Shown here in pieces: positions 9,334 through 20,747 of a DNA stretch of 64,000 bases. The stretch's first letter is position 1; each line of letters starts with the position of its first letter. The notes under the pieces are model-generated. The model was given only the letters and a program-made list of their open reading frames with translations, was not told the origin of the DNA and ran no database searches. The stretch is taken from contig JBAZXR010000001.1 of the NCBI GenBank assembly GCA_041659765.1, positions 387,419 to 451,418 of the forward strand. Reading direction: 5' to 3'. The position numbers and the translations under genes were made by a program. This stretch comes from Patescibacteria group bacterium. Lineage in GTDB: Bacteria > Patescibacteriota > Patescibacteriia > UBA9934.

Positions 9334-9399
9334 AAGGGAGAAGTTTACGCGAAATCCAAGAAATGGCCAACTTCACCCCTTCGGTGTCGTAAAACACTT

Positions 9400-10284
9400 T
9401 TAGGGAAGCCTGATTATCAGCTTGGCGCTTTCCAGTCCTGCATCTACTAGCGTCAGATGATACGGGCCAACATCCGCATTTTTGACTGTCACAGTCCCTA
9501 GGCGAACCTGAGAATTCACCCCGTCCAGGATAGCCGTGAACTCAGGCGACAGCTCCCCCTGCCAAATGCATTGAACGTCAGCAGGGCAACGGGAATCATT
9601 CACCCGATCAAGAGTGAGGGACAAATGGCTGTCGATCACTTTCTTCACGCCCGTAGCAAACGTAAAGGTCGATGATTTAGGCTGGCTAACCTCGTCTACC
9701 CTGTCACCAGGCATGGGCAAGGAGACACCGTTGTTGGCGACTGGGGCGGCCGGATTTAGCAAAACGATTTCAACATTTAACACGGTAGCGAACGACACCC
9801 ACAAAAAATATGGAACGAGCAGACCAGCAGCTATTTTTGAAACCTTCAGGTTAGCAAAAATCAGCACCAGTACGGAGAATCCAAGGATGCCGGCCGTAAC
9901 AGCAGCGGCAGTCAGATCATGGAGGCTGAAAAACACAAAACTCCACAACACGTTCAAGAGGCCGTTGGTGACGTAGAGCGGACCGACCGATTTAAAGAAG
10001 TGTTTTCCGGCGGCGTTCCAAGAAAAGATTATCGAGGCAGCTAAAAGAGCGAAGAGGAGAGTCCAAACTAGTCCAATAATGTTCCCAGCTGGCGCGTACG
10101 ACGGAAGACGCAGGGTTTGATACCATGGCGCGAGGCCGGACATAGTGAAGGCGCTCCCCAGTCCGCTAACCGCACAAACAAAGACTACGGCAGCAAAAAC
10201 CCGAATCCCAATTTCATTTTTTGGCATACTTTCACAGTATACCGTTCCTATGGACACACGTCGCCTAAAATATGTGAACGACAT
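9400..10284 (-). CDS. TspO/MBR-like tryptophan-rich membrane protein with a C-terminal extra domain
   Basis: LAPWYQTLRLPSYAPAGNIIGLVWTLLFALLA fits the TspO N-terminal consensus (WY..L.KP...P.....VW..LY), and five TM helices are present. The ~110-aa C-terminal soluble extension is unusual. The start may instead be the internal MPKNE. Confidence 0.4.
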   Translation of the reverse strand: MSFTYFRRRVSIGTVYCESMPKNEIGIRVFAAVVFVCAVSGLGSAFTMSGLAPWYQTLRLPSYAPAGNIIGLVWTLLFALLAASIIFSWNAAGKHFFKSVGPLYVTNGLLNVLWSFVFFSLHDLTAAAVTAGILGFSVLVLIFANLKVSKIAAGLLVPYFLWVSFATVLNVEIVLLNPAAPVANNGVSLPMPGDRVDEVSQPKSSTFTFATGVKKVIDSHLSLTLDRVNDSRCPADVQCIWQGELSPEFTAILDGVNSQVRLGTVTVKNADVGPYHLTLVDAGLESAKLIIRLP

Positions 10285-11149
10285 CTCCCCCCTCTACCAA
10301 TCGGGGTCCTTACCGCCGTATGACGCTACCCGCTGGGCGTCTGAGGCGCAGATGAGCGTAGACGACATGGTTTATCGCCCAAACGGTTTTACGACCACAG
10401 TCTTCAGGAATCCGTTGTTTACGTGGAAACGGTCTTTTTCTACGGATAATAATCCGGTCCCTTCGTCATTTGCCAGTGCGGGGTTGATAACCCCGTCTTC
10501 TCGATCGTTGATCTTCATTGACGAATGGGTACCGGGGTTCGGTAACGATATTTCCAAACACGGTTATTCTTCTTTTGGCGCGCCGAGGAAGCATGCTATT
10601 GCCGAGGTTCCTCTTGAGGGCTTAGTTGAACAGAACTGGAGCACCAACGCCCGCCGACATCTCAAAACATTTCAAAAACAAACAGACGTCACTATTCGCC
10701 TAGGCACATACGATGAAATCAAACTGCCATATAAACTATCGAGCGTCCCGACCAACATGCGGGCCAGCATGTGCCACTTAGTTGACCGGCATCTGCAGGC
10801 GCATCCAGAAACCGTCGAGGTGCTTGTAGCTGAGTCTAAAACACACGGCATCGTGGCGGCCTTCGTCGCCGGTAATTGTACCGAAGCTTCGTCGAGTTTC
10901 TATCTCCTCGGCTTCTACTTATCGCCAGCCCGCGAGTCCCAGGCCATGACCGGTCTGATTCATCACTGGTTCGAGCGCACTCGATCAAGCGGGCTCAAGC
11001 TCTGCAACTTCGGCGACATCTGCGGACCCAACCCGCTCCCCCTCCAATCGGATCGAGGATACTCAATCTTCAAAACGCACTTTGGCGTGCGTCGAATTCA
11101 TTACCCGGGGAGCCATTGGAAGATTAAATTTTCTCCACCATGGTTTTAA
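10250..11149 (+). CDS. putative FemAB/BioF2-like GNAT-fold acyltransferase
   Basis: C-terminal HGIVAAFVAGNCTEASSSFYLLGFYLSPARESQAMTGLIHHWFERTRSSGLKLCNFGDI resembles Acetyltransf_6 (FemAB-like). The track ORF starts at 10145 and overlaps the divergent gene, so an internal start (MDTRR at 10250 or MSVDD at 10352) is more likely. Confidence 0.3.
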   Translation: MDTRRLKYVNDISPLYQSGSLPPYDATRWASEAQMSVDDMVYRPNGFTTTVFRNPLFTWKRSFSTDNNPVPSSFASAGLITPSSRSLIFIDEWVPGFGNDISKHGYSSFGAPRKHAIAEVPLEGLVEQNWSTNARRHLKTFQKQTDVTIRLGTYDEIKLPYKLSSVPTNMRASMCHLVDRHLQAHPETVEVLVAESKTHGIVAAFVAGNCTEASSSFYLLGFYLSPARESQAMTGLIHHWFERTRSSGLKLCNFGDICGPNPLPLQSDRGYSIFKTHFGVRRIHYPGSHWKIKFSPPWF

Positions 11150-11630
11150 GGGGCTTCAGCGTATAGCGCATCATTGCCTGAATAGCGGGCACGAAAAAGA
11201 AATTCAAAAAACCAAAACTCTGGACGGTTTCGTCTTCCATCGCCCACGTAAGTTTAGTTCCGCCACTCCCTGTTGGTTCAAGGGTAAAGGTAACCTTCGT
11301 AATTGAACGAGTCGGCGAGGGTCTACCCTTCCCGTAAGTTGAACCATACGGAACTTCCGTTCTAAACTCGAACAATGTTGGCTTGCTGTATCGTAGAATC
11401 TCGCCGTTATAACGCATGACTGCCTGGGTGTATTTGTGAGAGATGAGATCAATGAACTTTGTCCCAACCGGATTAGACTCGTCGAAGCCATTCGGAAATT
11501 CAGTACTAATTATGCTGTATATGCCGCCGAAGCTTTTCTGCATCCATACAGTCCGTTTAGCCGGGTCGGCCACGAATGGAAAAACTATCTCCGGGGCGGC
11601 TGCAATTTCGATCGAGGCTTGATAGTTCAT
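11124..11630 (-). CDS. SRPBCC (Bet v1-like/polyketide cyclase-like) superfamily protein
   Basis: 168 aa with the N-terminal IEIAAAPEIVFPFVADPAKRTVWM typical of SRPBCC/Polyketide_cyc2. Confidence 0.45.
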   Translation of the reverse strand: MNYQASIEIAAAPEIVFPFVADPAKRTVWMQKSFGGIYSIISTEFPNGFDESNPVGTKFIDLISHKYTQAVMRYNGEILRYSKPTLFEFRTEVPYGSTYGKGRPSPTRSITKVTFTLEPTGSGGTKLTWAMEDETVQSFGFLNFFFVPAIQAMMRYTLKPLKTMVEKI

Positions 11631-11676
11631 ACAAGTCTTAAAGTCGTCTAGCTCTTTAGATGTCGTTCTTGCATAC

Positions 11677-12078
11677 TTAAGAAAGATTCTGAGAAAGAAG
11701 CATCAGCAACGCCGCAGCCAGGGCGATGTTCTTTTGGAAATTCACCATGTTGGCCATGTGCGCCTGCGGATCAGTATCGGCCCAGAAGTTATGAAGTGTA
11801 ACGGCTGCAATCACCAAAAATGCGATCAACCCGCCATAAGAATAAGGCAGGTACATTTGGGTCATGATACCGACGCCGCCGAGCACGAGCAGGGCGCCAG
11901 TAATATAGACGCTAGCCAGGGCTGCGGGAAGTTTCTTACTCGCCACCCAACCGGCCATGTCCTTACCCTTGGCAAAGTGCATTAAACCAGAAAATGTGAA
12001 GTAGGCGCCCAAAAACACTTGTCCCACGAGAAAAAGGTTATTCATATGCAGATACGATAGCACGTAGCCTAGAAACAC
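11677..12078 (-). CDS. DoxX-family membrane protein
   Basis: 133 aa with four TM helices and a DoxX-like pattern (GQVFLGAYFTFSGLMHF...LLVLGGVGIM). Confidence 0.55.
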   Translation of the reverse strand: MFLGYVLSYLHMNNLFLVGQVFLGAYFTFSGLMHFAKGKDMAGWVASKKLPAALASVYITGALLVLGGVGIMTQMYLPYSYGGLIAFLVIAAVTLHNFWADTDPQAHMANMVNFQKNIALAAALLMLLSQNLS

Positions 12079-12117
12079 AAAACCGCCCTGGCCTAAGTCA
12101 AAGGGGCGGTTCGTGCC

Positions 12118-12771
12118 TTAGTTCGTAACGAGGGTCAGCTCACGATCAATGGCAACAAGCTCAGTGACTAGGTCTGAGATCAAACTCTCCTCCTCGCTAG
12201 CCTTTTTCTTTTCGGGAATAGCAACAAGTGCAACCAGAAAACAAAGCGCTGAAAGCAGAGTTCCCATAGCCGTTGCGTCCTGCGCCGCGGAAATGGTCGC
12301 CTTATGAGTAATGTTTGAAATCTCAATGGACACTGATTCTGGCAAAGCTATGCCCATATGCCCCTTTGCCCCGAGCGCGATATCCCAGGTTTGGGCGGCG
12401 AGGCGGCGTGAAAAATGCCCCTTATACATTTCGGGAATGACCTGGCTTTTCTGGACACCGACCGACAATTGTAAAGAGAGGGCGCTTACAAAAAATGCGG
12501 AAACAATGGCCAGGATGAGAGTCAACCCAAGAAGCACCAGCCATGACCGATAGATCCGCGGGAGGGACAAGCCTAGGAAAGCTCCAGAGAGCGCAAACAC
12601 CGGAACCAGATCAATGGCCGTCATATGCACGTCAAGGACATTCCACGCCACCAAAAAAGTAGCGCTCAAAAGAAAAAGGGCCACATGCACCATGCGTTCG
12701 CGAGAAATAGTGGGTAGAGACTGGGCATCCATAGAACGGGACAGCCTAGCCCAAAACACCAGAATTGTCAA
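12118..12771 (-). CDS. hypothetical polytopic membrane protein
   Basis: 217-aa hydrophobic ORF with no family recognised. Confidence 0.3.
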   Translation of the reverse strand: MTILVFWARLSRSMDAQSLPTISRERMVHVALFLLSATFLVAWNVLDVHMTAIDLVPVFALSGAFLGLSLPRIYRSWLVLLGLTLILAIVSAFFVSALSLQLSVGVQKSQVIPEMYKGHFSRRLAAQTWDIALGAKGHMGIALPESVSIEISNITHKATISAAQDATAMGTLLSALCFLVALVAIPEKKKASEEESLISDLVTELVAIDRELTLVTN

Positions 12772-12780
12772 ACTTTTACG

Positions 12781-14331
12781 CTAAAGCTGGGCAAGATTCA
12801 GCTCTTCGCCAAACCTAATCTGGCTGACAAAGTCCGGGGCGTGGGAAACCATAACAATCGTTCCCTCGTAGGCGTCTAGGGCTTTGGCGATAACTGGCAG
12901 ATGGCGGAAGTTGATGTGGTTGGTGGGCTCGTCCAAAATCAATAAACCAGGCTTCTGGATGACAAAACGCGCAAAACAGAGCAAGCCTTTCTGTCCTTCG
13001 GAAAGCGAACCAACTCTAGTGGCGAGGGCATCGCCGTTCAAAAGAAACATGGCGCCGGTTTTTCTGATAGTTTCGTTGTCTGGAACCGGCATCATCTCAG
13101 CCAACGAGTCATAGGCGGACTTGCCGAAGTCGAGGCCTGAAAAATCCTGACGGTAATAGCCAACGCGTACGTCCTTGGCAATCTTTGCTCCCTCGTCCTT
13201 GCCCTCGGCGAGCGTGCGCAAGAAAGTGCTCTTACCAATACCGTTTGGTCCGGAGATCAAAAGTTTCTGGCCCTTGCGCAAATAAACCTTCACCGGCTTA
13301 TCTTCCGGTTCGTGATTCTTAATGACCTTAATAGAAGAAATAGACAACACGTTATCACTCCACGGTTGTGCTGGAATCTGGAAAGCACGAATCGTCCGGT
13401 CATCTTTCTTCACGTCAACCATGTTCTCTTCTGCTTCTTCTACCTGGTCCTTCAGCTTGCTCGCGAGTTTGCGCATCTTTCCGCCTTTGTGCGCGAAGAA
13501 GTTTACCTTGTCTTTTCTATCTTGAATCTCTTTGAGCAGGCGAGCGTTCTTCATTTGCTCACGCTCAACACGCGCCGTGATTTGCACAACCACGTCAGCA
13601 TAGTTACCGTCGTACTTATCGACCTTCCCGGTGTACACATCAAGGTGCAACACGCCGTCAGTAAACGAGTTCAAAAAGTCTGCATCGTGGGAAATAACCA
13701 GCACCGTTTTTTCGTACATGATCAAAAACGCCGTCAGCTCGGCAATGCCGTCAGAGTCCAGGTTATTCGTCGGCTCATCGAGCAACAGAATGTCAGGTTC
13801 TTGGATAAGTGCGTAGGCGAGGAGCAAACGAGCCTGTTGTCCACCAGAGAATTCCTTGATGATCTTTTCGAGCGGTGCGACGAGGTTCACAACCGCGAGC
13901 ACGTCGGTGATTCTCTTGTCGAGGTCGTAATGCTTCTCTGTAAACGCCGAGGCAAAAAACTCCCGAACTGAAAAGCCGAGTTTCTCGAGTGGCATTACCT
14001 GGGTAGCAATCGCGATACTCGCGCCCTGTTTAATATGGATCTCGCCACGATCTGGCTTTAATGCACCGGTGAGCAATTTGAAAATGGTGCTCTTCCCCGC
14101 CCCGTTCTGGCCCATGACCGTCAGCTTGCTATTCTCACGTACCGAAAAATCGGCTTCGTCGAGGAGTGGGTTCTCCGCGTCGTAGCCAAACGTCACTCCC
14201 TGAAACCGAACAATGACATCTCCATGGTCCATAAAAGTGGCGGGATCATACACTAAAGGACTGAAAATAGCCAAATTTTGTTGACTAAAGCCAAAAAGAT
14301 GTTTATTCTGAAGTGGGGTAAAATCACTCAT
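12781..14331 (-). CDS. ABC-F family ATPase (tandem ABC domains, no TMD)
   Basis: Two Walker A motifs (GQNGAGKST; GPNGIGKST), two ABC signatures (LSGGQQARL; LSEGQKGLL) and an interdomain linker with KKDDR. Confidence 0.8.
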   Translation of the reverse strand: MSDFTPLQNKHLFGFSQQNLAIFSPLVYDPATFMDHGDVIVRFQGVTFGYDAENPLLDEADFSVRENSKLTVMGQNGAGKSTIFKLLTGALKPDRGEIHIKQGASIAIATQVMPLEKLGFSVREFFASAFTEKHYDLDKRITDVLAVVNLVAPLEKIIKEFSGGQQARLLLAYALIQEPDILLLDEPTNNLDSDGIAELTAFLIMYEKTVLVISHDADFLNSFTDGVLHLDVYTGKVDKYDGNYADVVVQITARVEREQMKNARLLKEIQDRKDKVNFFAHKGGKMRKLASKLKDQVEEAEENMVDVKKDDRTIRAFQIPAQPWSDNVLSISSIKVIKNHEPEDKPVKVYLRKGQKLLISGPNGIGKSTFLRTLAEGKDEGAKIAKDVRVGYYRQDFSGLDFGKSAYDSLAEMMPVPDNETIRKTGAMFLLNGDALATRVGSLSEGQKGLLCFARFVIQKPGLLILDEPTNHINFRHLPVIAKALDAYEGTIVMVSHAPDFVSQIRFGEELNLAQL

Positions 14332-14615
14332 TGGAGGCTGCGTGTCTCAGACTGAATCGGCTCAACAAGTACAAAGTCAACCGTCCATTTTCGACTGGAC
14401 TCTGACGGTGTGCATGCTCATCTCAACAGTTCTTATCTTCGCCATCGTGATGATATCGATCATCACGCCCCCGCTCATTCTCCTCAGTTGTCCGCTCGCT
14501 ACCTCTCATCTCGTTTGTCTCGTCATACTCCACTACAAGGGCGCAACTCGTTCCTAAAGTCGCCCCGCTCCGCGAAACACCTCGACCGAGGATCGCGTTA
14601 GCGGGGTGTTTCATT

Positions 14616-14912
14616 TTAGGCAGCCTGAAATACTCGGACTTGTTTTTCGATGGTCCTTGACCAACTCTCGCCGAGGATCTCGAGATCGTAGTGCGCCTGG
14701 AGGTTCATCCAAAATTCAGGACTATTGCCAAAATATTTTGCGAGTCGGAGAGCGGTGTCGGGACTGATGGCGCGATCGCCGTGGACAATCTCGTTAATGC
14801 GACGGGCAGGAACATTAATATCTTTGGCGAGCCGGTACTGGGTGAGCTCGAACGGAACCAAAAAGTCTTCAAGCAGGATCTCGCCGGGATGAATGGGTTT
14901 AAGTTTTTTCAT
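14616..14912 (-). CDS. higA: HigA antitoxin (XRE-family HTH)
   Basis: HPGEILLEDFL...RLAKDINVPARRINEIVHGDRAISPDTALRLAKYFGNSPEFWMNLQAHYDL is the canonical HigA sequence. Confidence 0.8.
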   Translation of the reverse strand: MKKLKPIHPGEILLEDFLVPFELTQYRLAKDINVPARRINEIVHGDRAISPDTALRLAKYFGNSPEFWMNLQAHYDLEILGESWSRTIEKQVRVFQAA

Positions 14913-14913
14913 A

Positions 14914-15198
14914 TTATTTGTGATAATCGATCAGACAGACTTCGTATGCATTTCCCTCTCTCCAGCTGAATCGGATTCGCCATTGATCGTTCACCCTGAT
15001 GCTGTACTTGTCCGAATCTTTCCCCTTTAACTTCTCAAGTCGATTGCCCGGCGGGACTTTGAGATCCTCGAGTTTTGCTGCGGCGTGAACGTGCAGAATT
15101 TTTCGCAGTGCAGCTCTCTGCAGCTCGACGGAGTATCTTCGCACGATCGTCCTCCGAAAAATATGCTCCGTGTCGGCGTCACCAAATGATCGGATCAT
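14914..15198 (-). CDS. higB: HigB toxin (RelE/ParE superfamily mRNA interferase)
   Basis: ...SIRVNDQWRIRFSWREGNAYEVCLIDYH is the HigB C-terminal signature. It sits immediately upstream of higA with a 1-nt gap (toxin-first order). Confidence 0.8.
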   Translation of the reverse strand: MIRSFGDADTEHIFRRTIVRRYSVELQRAALRKILHVHAAAKLEDLKVPPGNRLEKLKGKDSDKYSIRVNDQWRIRFSWREGNAYEVCLIDYHK

Positions 15199-15243
15199 AC
15201 AGCTGAATGATAACGTAATGCGTTATTAGTAGTCAAGGCTCTA

Positions 15244-16920
15244 CTAAAAATAGAACAACCTGGCCAACTTAATATCATCGTACGAGTACTTACGGTTCAG
15301 ATGTGTGAGTACCGGGCTCAGTTGCTGGGTTTTCAACTTTCGGAAAGCACCATGAATGTCAGCCAAAGCTTTCTCGTTCTTAAGGTGTTCCAGACCTGTC
15401 TTTGGCAAGCCGCCGAGCTCTTTCAATTTCTCGAGGTGCTCGATAATAGTTCCGGCCTTTCTCCCCCGCTCGGCCGCTACCTCGTCGATAGTTTTACCCT
15501 CGAGTAGAAGCGCGAGCGTTTGTTCGTAGCGCGGCTCCTTACTACGCTTAGTTGGCGTTAACGGGGCGGCGAGCATTTCAATGGGTGTGCGAGCAGTCAC
15601 CCGGCCTCCACAAGCGACAATAAAACCCTTTTGCTTGAGTTCGAGTTTTGACGCATCGGCGCTGCCATACTTCTCGCGCGCAATATCTGACTCCTCTCTA
15701 AACTGACCGTCTTGAACCAGGACATTCTGGTCGACCTCAAGCGCTCGTTCATTCAAACCGCCGAGGAACAAGCCGTCGAGGGTACGCACGCGCGACAGTG
15801 CAACATAACCTTGTCCGAAAGCAAACGCACCAGAAAGATCAACATACGCCGCGTCGAGCGACATCCCCTGACTCTTGTGTACGGTCATCGCCCAAGCTAG
15901 CCGAAGCGGGATTTGCGAAATCGCGGCGAGCGACCGCGACTCTCCCTCAATAGCCCAGCTGGCAGGCTTAGCCTCAATAGTTCTGCCTGACCGCGTCTTC
16001 ACGATCGGGAATCCCGTGTCTCTCGAAAATCCCTCTACCTCCCCCGTCGTACCGTTAACGTAACCATCGTCGAAGTTGTTGCGAGTGAACATAACTCGTG
16101 CGCCGACCTTCAAGTCGAGTCTCTCGGGCGACAAACAACCGCGTCGTAAAGCCTCGCACATTTTAGGATTTCCCATGTCTACCATCTTAAATGACTTCAC
16201 TTCGCCCGGGATCTTCGCGAGTTGCGCGGTGTTTATACGATCGACATCAGCATTGTGCGGGAACAGTTTCGTAATCTCCACGCCCGAGCCTACTGGCTGT
16301 TGGCGAGCGAGCAATCGCTCCCTATGTTCCTCGGGCACGCGCCCCGAACGCAAAGATGTCAGCACCTCCAAGAACGCCGGGTCTTCCTGGCGGTGTTGTT
16401 CGCTCAAATAGCAAATAATAGGCTTGGCGGAATGCCAGGCATCAGCCATGAATGAAAACTCAGCCGGTTCTTCGTCGTTCCGACTCACCGGTGGGAGCTG
16501 GAAGAAGTCACCAACGAAGATTACTTGCATTCCGCCAAACGGCGCGTGGTTCTCGCGGACTCCGCGCAGCACGGCGTCGACGAGCCCCAATATATTCGCG
16601 TCGAGCATGGACACCTCGTCAATAATCAAAACATGCATGTTGCGCATGCGCTTAGCCACTCGATCGTTCGTCCCGATCTCGCGAATGTCGTACTTACTGA
16701 GATCCTTCTTAATGCCGATCCCGCTCCACGAATGGATAGTCAACCCGCCAATATGGGTCGCCGCGATGCCGGTCGAAGCGGTAATGGCCGGTTCGACCCC
16801 GTGGGTACGCAAATAGTGCACATATTCGCGCACCGTATGGCTCTTGCCCGCGCCTGGCTCCCCCGTGAGGAAGACGTTGGCGCCCGTTTTCAGAATGGTC
16901 AAAGCTTCGGCTTGGGTCAT
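15244..16920 (-). CDS. PIF1/RecD-family ATP-dependent DNA helicase with C-terminal HTH
   Basis: Walker A LTGEPGAGKSHT, Walker B LIIDEVSMLD and helicase motifs (QLPPV; TVHKSQGMS). The C-terminal ~100 aa are HTH-like. Confidence 0.7.
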   Translation of the reverse strand: MTQAEALTILKTGANVFLTGEPGAGKSHTVREYVHYLRTHGVEPAITASTGIAATHIGGLTIHSWSGIGIKKDLSKYDIREIGTNDRVAKRMRNMHVLIIDEVSMLDANILGLVDAVLRGVRENHAPFGGMQVIFVGDFFQLPPVSRNDEEPAEFSFMADAWHSAKPIICYLSEQHRQEDPAFLEVLTSLRSGRVPEEHRERLLARQQPVGSGVEITKLFPHNADVDRINTAQLAKIPGEVKSFKMVDMGNPKMCEALRRGCLSPERLDLKVGARVMFTRNNFDDGYVNGTTGEVEGFSRDTGFPIVKTRSGRTIEAKPASWAIEGESRSLAAISQIPLRLAWAMTVHKSQGMSLDAAYVDLSGAFAFGQGYVALSRVRTLDGLFLGGLNERALEVDQNVLVQDGQFREESDIAREKYGSADASKLELKQKGFIVACGGRVTARTPIEMLAAPLTPTKRSKEPRYEQTLALLLEGKTIDEVAAERGRKAGTIIEHLEKLKELGGLPKTGLEHLKNEKALADIHGAFRKLKTQQLSPVLTHLNRKYSYDDIKLARLFYF

Positions 16921-17005
16921 AGTTGCGACATTCTACCACCCTCGGGCGTAGCCCTATCCCCTACGGGCGAGCCATGCTACCCTTTACCCACTAACTCTTT
17001 GTTAA

Positions 17006-17446
17006 TTGGTTATGACAAAGTCATTTTTGGCCAAGTTTGGACTAACGCTCGGCGCGATTGCCTTAGTAGGTGCCGGCTGTGCCGGCGGATCATCCGGTTC
17101 CCCAGCTGACGCCTTCAAAAAAGGTCTAGAGGAAGCAAATACGGCCAATGCAAACGTGCAGGTTACCTCCCCTAAAGCTAACGAAACCGTGACGACCGTC
17201 CCACTCCAGGTAACCGGAACAGGCGCCACGCCAGGAGCAGCGGTTTACGCGGGTTTGTATGAATTCGGTAATAAGAATGTGGAAGTCCAGGTCACGGCTG
17301 ACGACAAGGGTGCCTTTTACTTCAAAGAAATCTGGATGATGGGAGAACATGATCCAAAGATTGAACTGCGGGTAGGGGAAAAAGACGAGGCCGGCAATTT
17401 AATCAAGTTTACAAAAGTTCCGCTCACTTTCTCCGCCGGCAACTAA
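17006..17446 (+). CDS. secreted lipoprotein (paralog of 20748..21164)
   Basis: Signal peptide with lipobox LVGAGC. A shared VTSPKA...TVT...G...VY core with the 20748..21164 product. Confidence 0.45.
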   Translation: MVMTKSFLAKFGLTLGAIALVGAGCAGGSSGSPADAFKKGLEEANTANANVQVTSPKANETVTTVPLQVTGTGATPGAAVYAGLYEFGNKNVEVQVTADDKGAFYFKEIWMMGEHDPKIELRVGEKDEAGNLIKFTKVPLTFSAGN

Positions 17447-17458
17447 TACAAACCAAAA

Positions 17459-17488
17459 ACCATCGAGCTCGACTCGATGGTTTTTTTG
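17459..17488. terminator. bidirectional intrinsic terminator between the lipoprotein (+) and eno (-)
   Basis: AACCATCGAG-ctcga-CTCGATGGTT hairpin flanked by A-run and T7. Confidence 0.6.
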
Positions 17489-17491
17489 TTC

Positions 17492-19187
<1,696 letters not shown>

Positions 19188-19214
19188 AGCTAAAAAACTG
19201 AGTTATTATCGGTC

Positions 19215-19400
19215 TCACTGCTGAAGGATATCGGCATGCAATTCCTCCACCGATTGGTACGCCTTCCCATGCGCGAGAGCCTCATCAGCTTCCTTCATGA
19301 GCTGTCGCTGTTGTTTACTACTCAGGTTCATCGCGCTCAAGGTGCCGTCCTTGCAGGAGTAATAGCTGGAATGACTACTTTTGCAGATCGTGCATTTCAT
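19215..19400 (-). CDS. small zinc-finger protein, hypothetical
   Basis: 61 aa with MKCTICKSS...C at the N-terminus. Confidence 0.25.
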   Translation of the reverse strand: MKCTICKSSHSSYYSCKDGTLSAMNLSSKQQRQLMKEADEALAHGKAYQSVEELHADILQQ

Positions 19401-19406
19401 AAGTGA

Positions 19407-20735
19407 TTAGCTTTGGAGTTCTTTAATGTCCTCCCTATACTGCTCCGTCCGCGTCATAACTTGATCCCCGTAAAAACGGAATCGCGTGTTAGTCGAACCG
19501 CTGAAGTAGCGCATAGCCGCCGCCCACTCCCCCTCGTCACCACCGCCAGCTCCGTCGTTCATAAGCTTTAGAGCCGAAGCAACAAAAGCGTCACGAATAT
19601 CCCACGGGTCCGCCGCCTGGCCAGTGAGCTTAGTTACTTTAGATGAGTAGCCGACCCAGGTAGACGGAATGAACTGGGCCGGGCCCATGGCGCCACCCCA
19701 GCCAATCTGTCCGCCGGATTTGTCACGCATGGGGCAAGAGATGGGCGTGCCTTCGGGACTTCGGTCGAGGTCATCCATAATCGCCAAGAATGGCGTGTGG
19801 TCGCGCGTCGGCTTCATGACTACTTTCCAATTCTTGCTTGGCGGATCGCCCACACGATTACACGTGCCGACGTTTGAACCGAGATTTGATTCTTGGCTTA
19901 GTACCGATAGTAGGAAGGCCGGTTCAATTCCCGTTTGATCGCCAACCCACGTAGCAATCTTGACGGCCTCGCCAAAAGTGATGTGCGTATTCCCAGTATC
20001 GAGCAGTTCGTAAATACGGTTTCTAATGGCAGCGGCCTGCGCCTTATGATCGCCAAGCTCGGCCTGATATTCGGCTTCCTGTCCCTTCGTCTCCGTTAGG
20101 AGCGTCTTCTGTTCACCCACACTCATCCGCAAACTTACCTGTTGGAGGCCATGCAGAGCCTGCAACCTAGCCGCTTCTTCTTGTTCAAGCGCGTACTCAG
20201 ACTCCTGCTCGGCGAGCTTAACCGACGTCTCCTTCGCTCGAACAACCGCTCCCGACAAATCTCCGGTTAACTGCTGATATTCGTTAGCTGTATCTAAAAC
20301 ATCAAAAATATTCTTACTGGAAATAAACGTCAGTAGAAGATTTTTATTATCCGCCACGTGTAGTCGTCGAATAACTTGAGCTAGCTGGTCACGGAGAATT
20401 TCTCGCTGTTTCTCATTATCCTGAAGCGCGATCTGCGCGTCTTGCAAGCGGTTCTCAGCATCACTCAAGGTTACCTCGGTGGACTTGATCTGCAATTGCA
20501 ACAGCGCCTGTTGCTGTCCCAGCGCCTTAATCTTATTCGCGAGTGTCTTCGCCTGTCCCTGCGTCTTGGCGATCTCAGCCTTGTCCTCAGCAATTTGCCG
20601 TTCGATTTCTTTTAACTGCTGTTGAAGTGGTGTCAGCGTGTCATCGGCGTGAGTGATTGAGGAAACTCGAAAAGAGGTCACGACGAGGAGTGTGAGAAGA
20701 CCAATACCAAGTTTTCGATGACGACCGCTGTTCAC
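19407..20735 (-). CDS. secreted coiled-coil protein with C-terminal lytic transglycosylase (MltB/SLT_2-like) domain
   Basis: Signal peptide, then ~230 aa of heptad-rich Q/E/L sequence. The C-terminal GWGGAMGPAQFIPSTW matches the lytic transglycosylase GxMQFxPxTW motif. Confidence 0.5.
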   Translation of the reverse strand: MNSGRHRKLGIGLLTLLVVTSFRVSSITHADDTLTPLQQQLKEIERQIAEDKAEIAKTQGQAKTLANKIKALGQQQALLQLQIKSTEVTLSDAENRLQDAQIALQDNEKQREILRDQLAQVIRRLHVADNKNLLLTFISSKNIFDVLDTANEYQQLTGDLSGAVVRAKETSVKLAEQESEYALEQEEAARLQALHGLQQVSLRMSVGEQKTLLTETKGQEAEYQAELGDHKAQAAAIRNRIYELLDTGNTHITFGEAVKIATWVGDQTGIEPAFLLSVLSQESNLGSNVGTCNRVGDPPSKNWKVVMKPTRDHTPFLAIMDDLDRSPEGTPISCPMRDKSGGQIGWGGAMGPAQFIPSTWVGYSSKVTKLTGQAADPWDIRDAFVASALKLMNDGAGGGDEGEWAAAMRYFSGSTNTRFRFYGDQVMTRTEQYREDIKELQS

Positions 20736-20747
20736 TGCCCAATAATA

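Noticed and set aside
14342-14557. 71-aa hydrophobic ORF between the ABC-F gene and higA
   Set aside because: No RBS, low-complexity composition, and overlapping ORFs in other frames. It is more likely intergenic.
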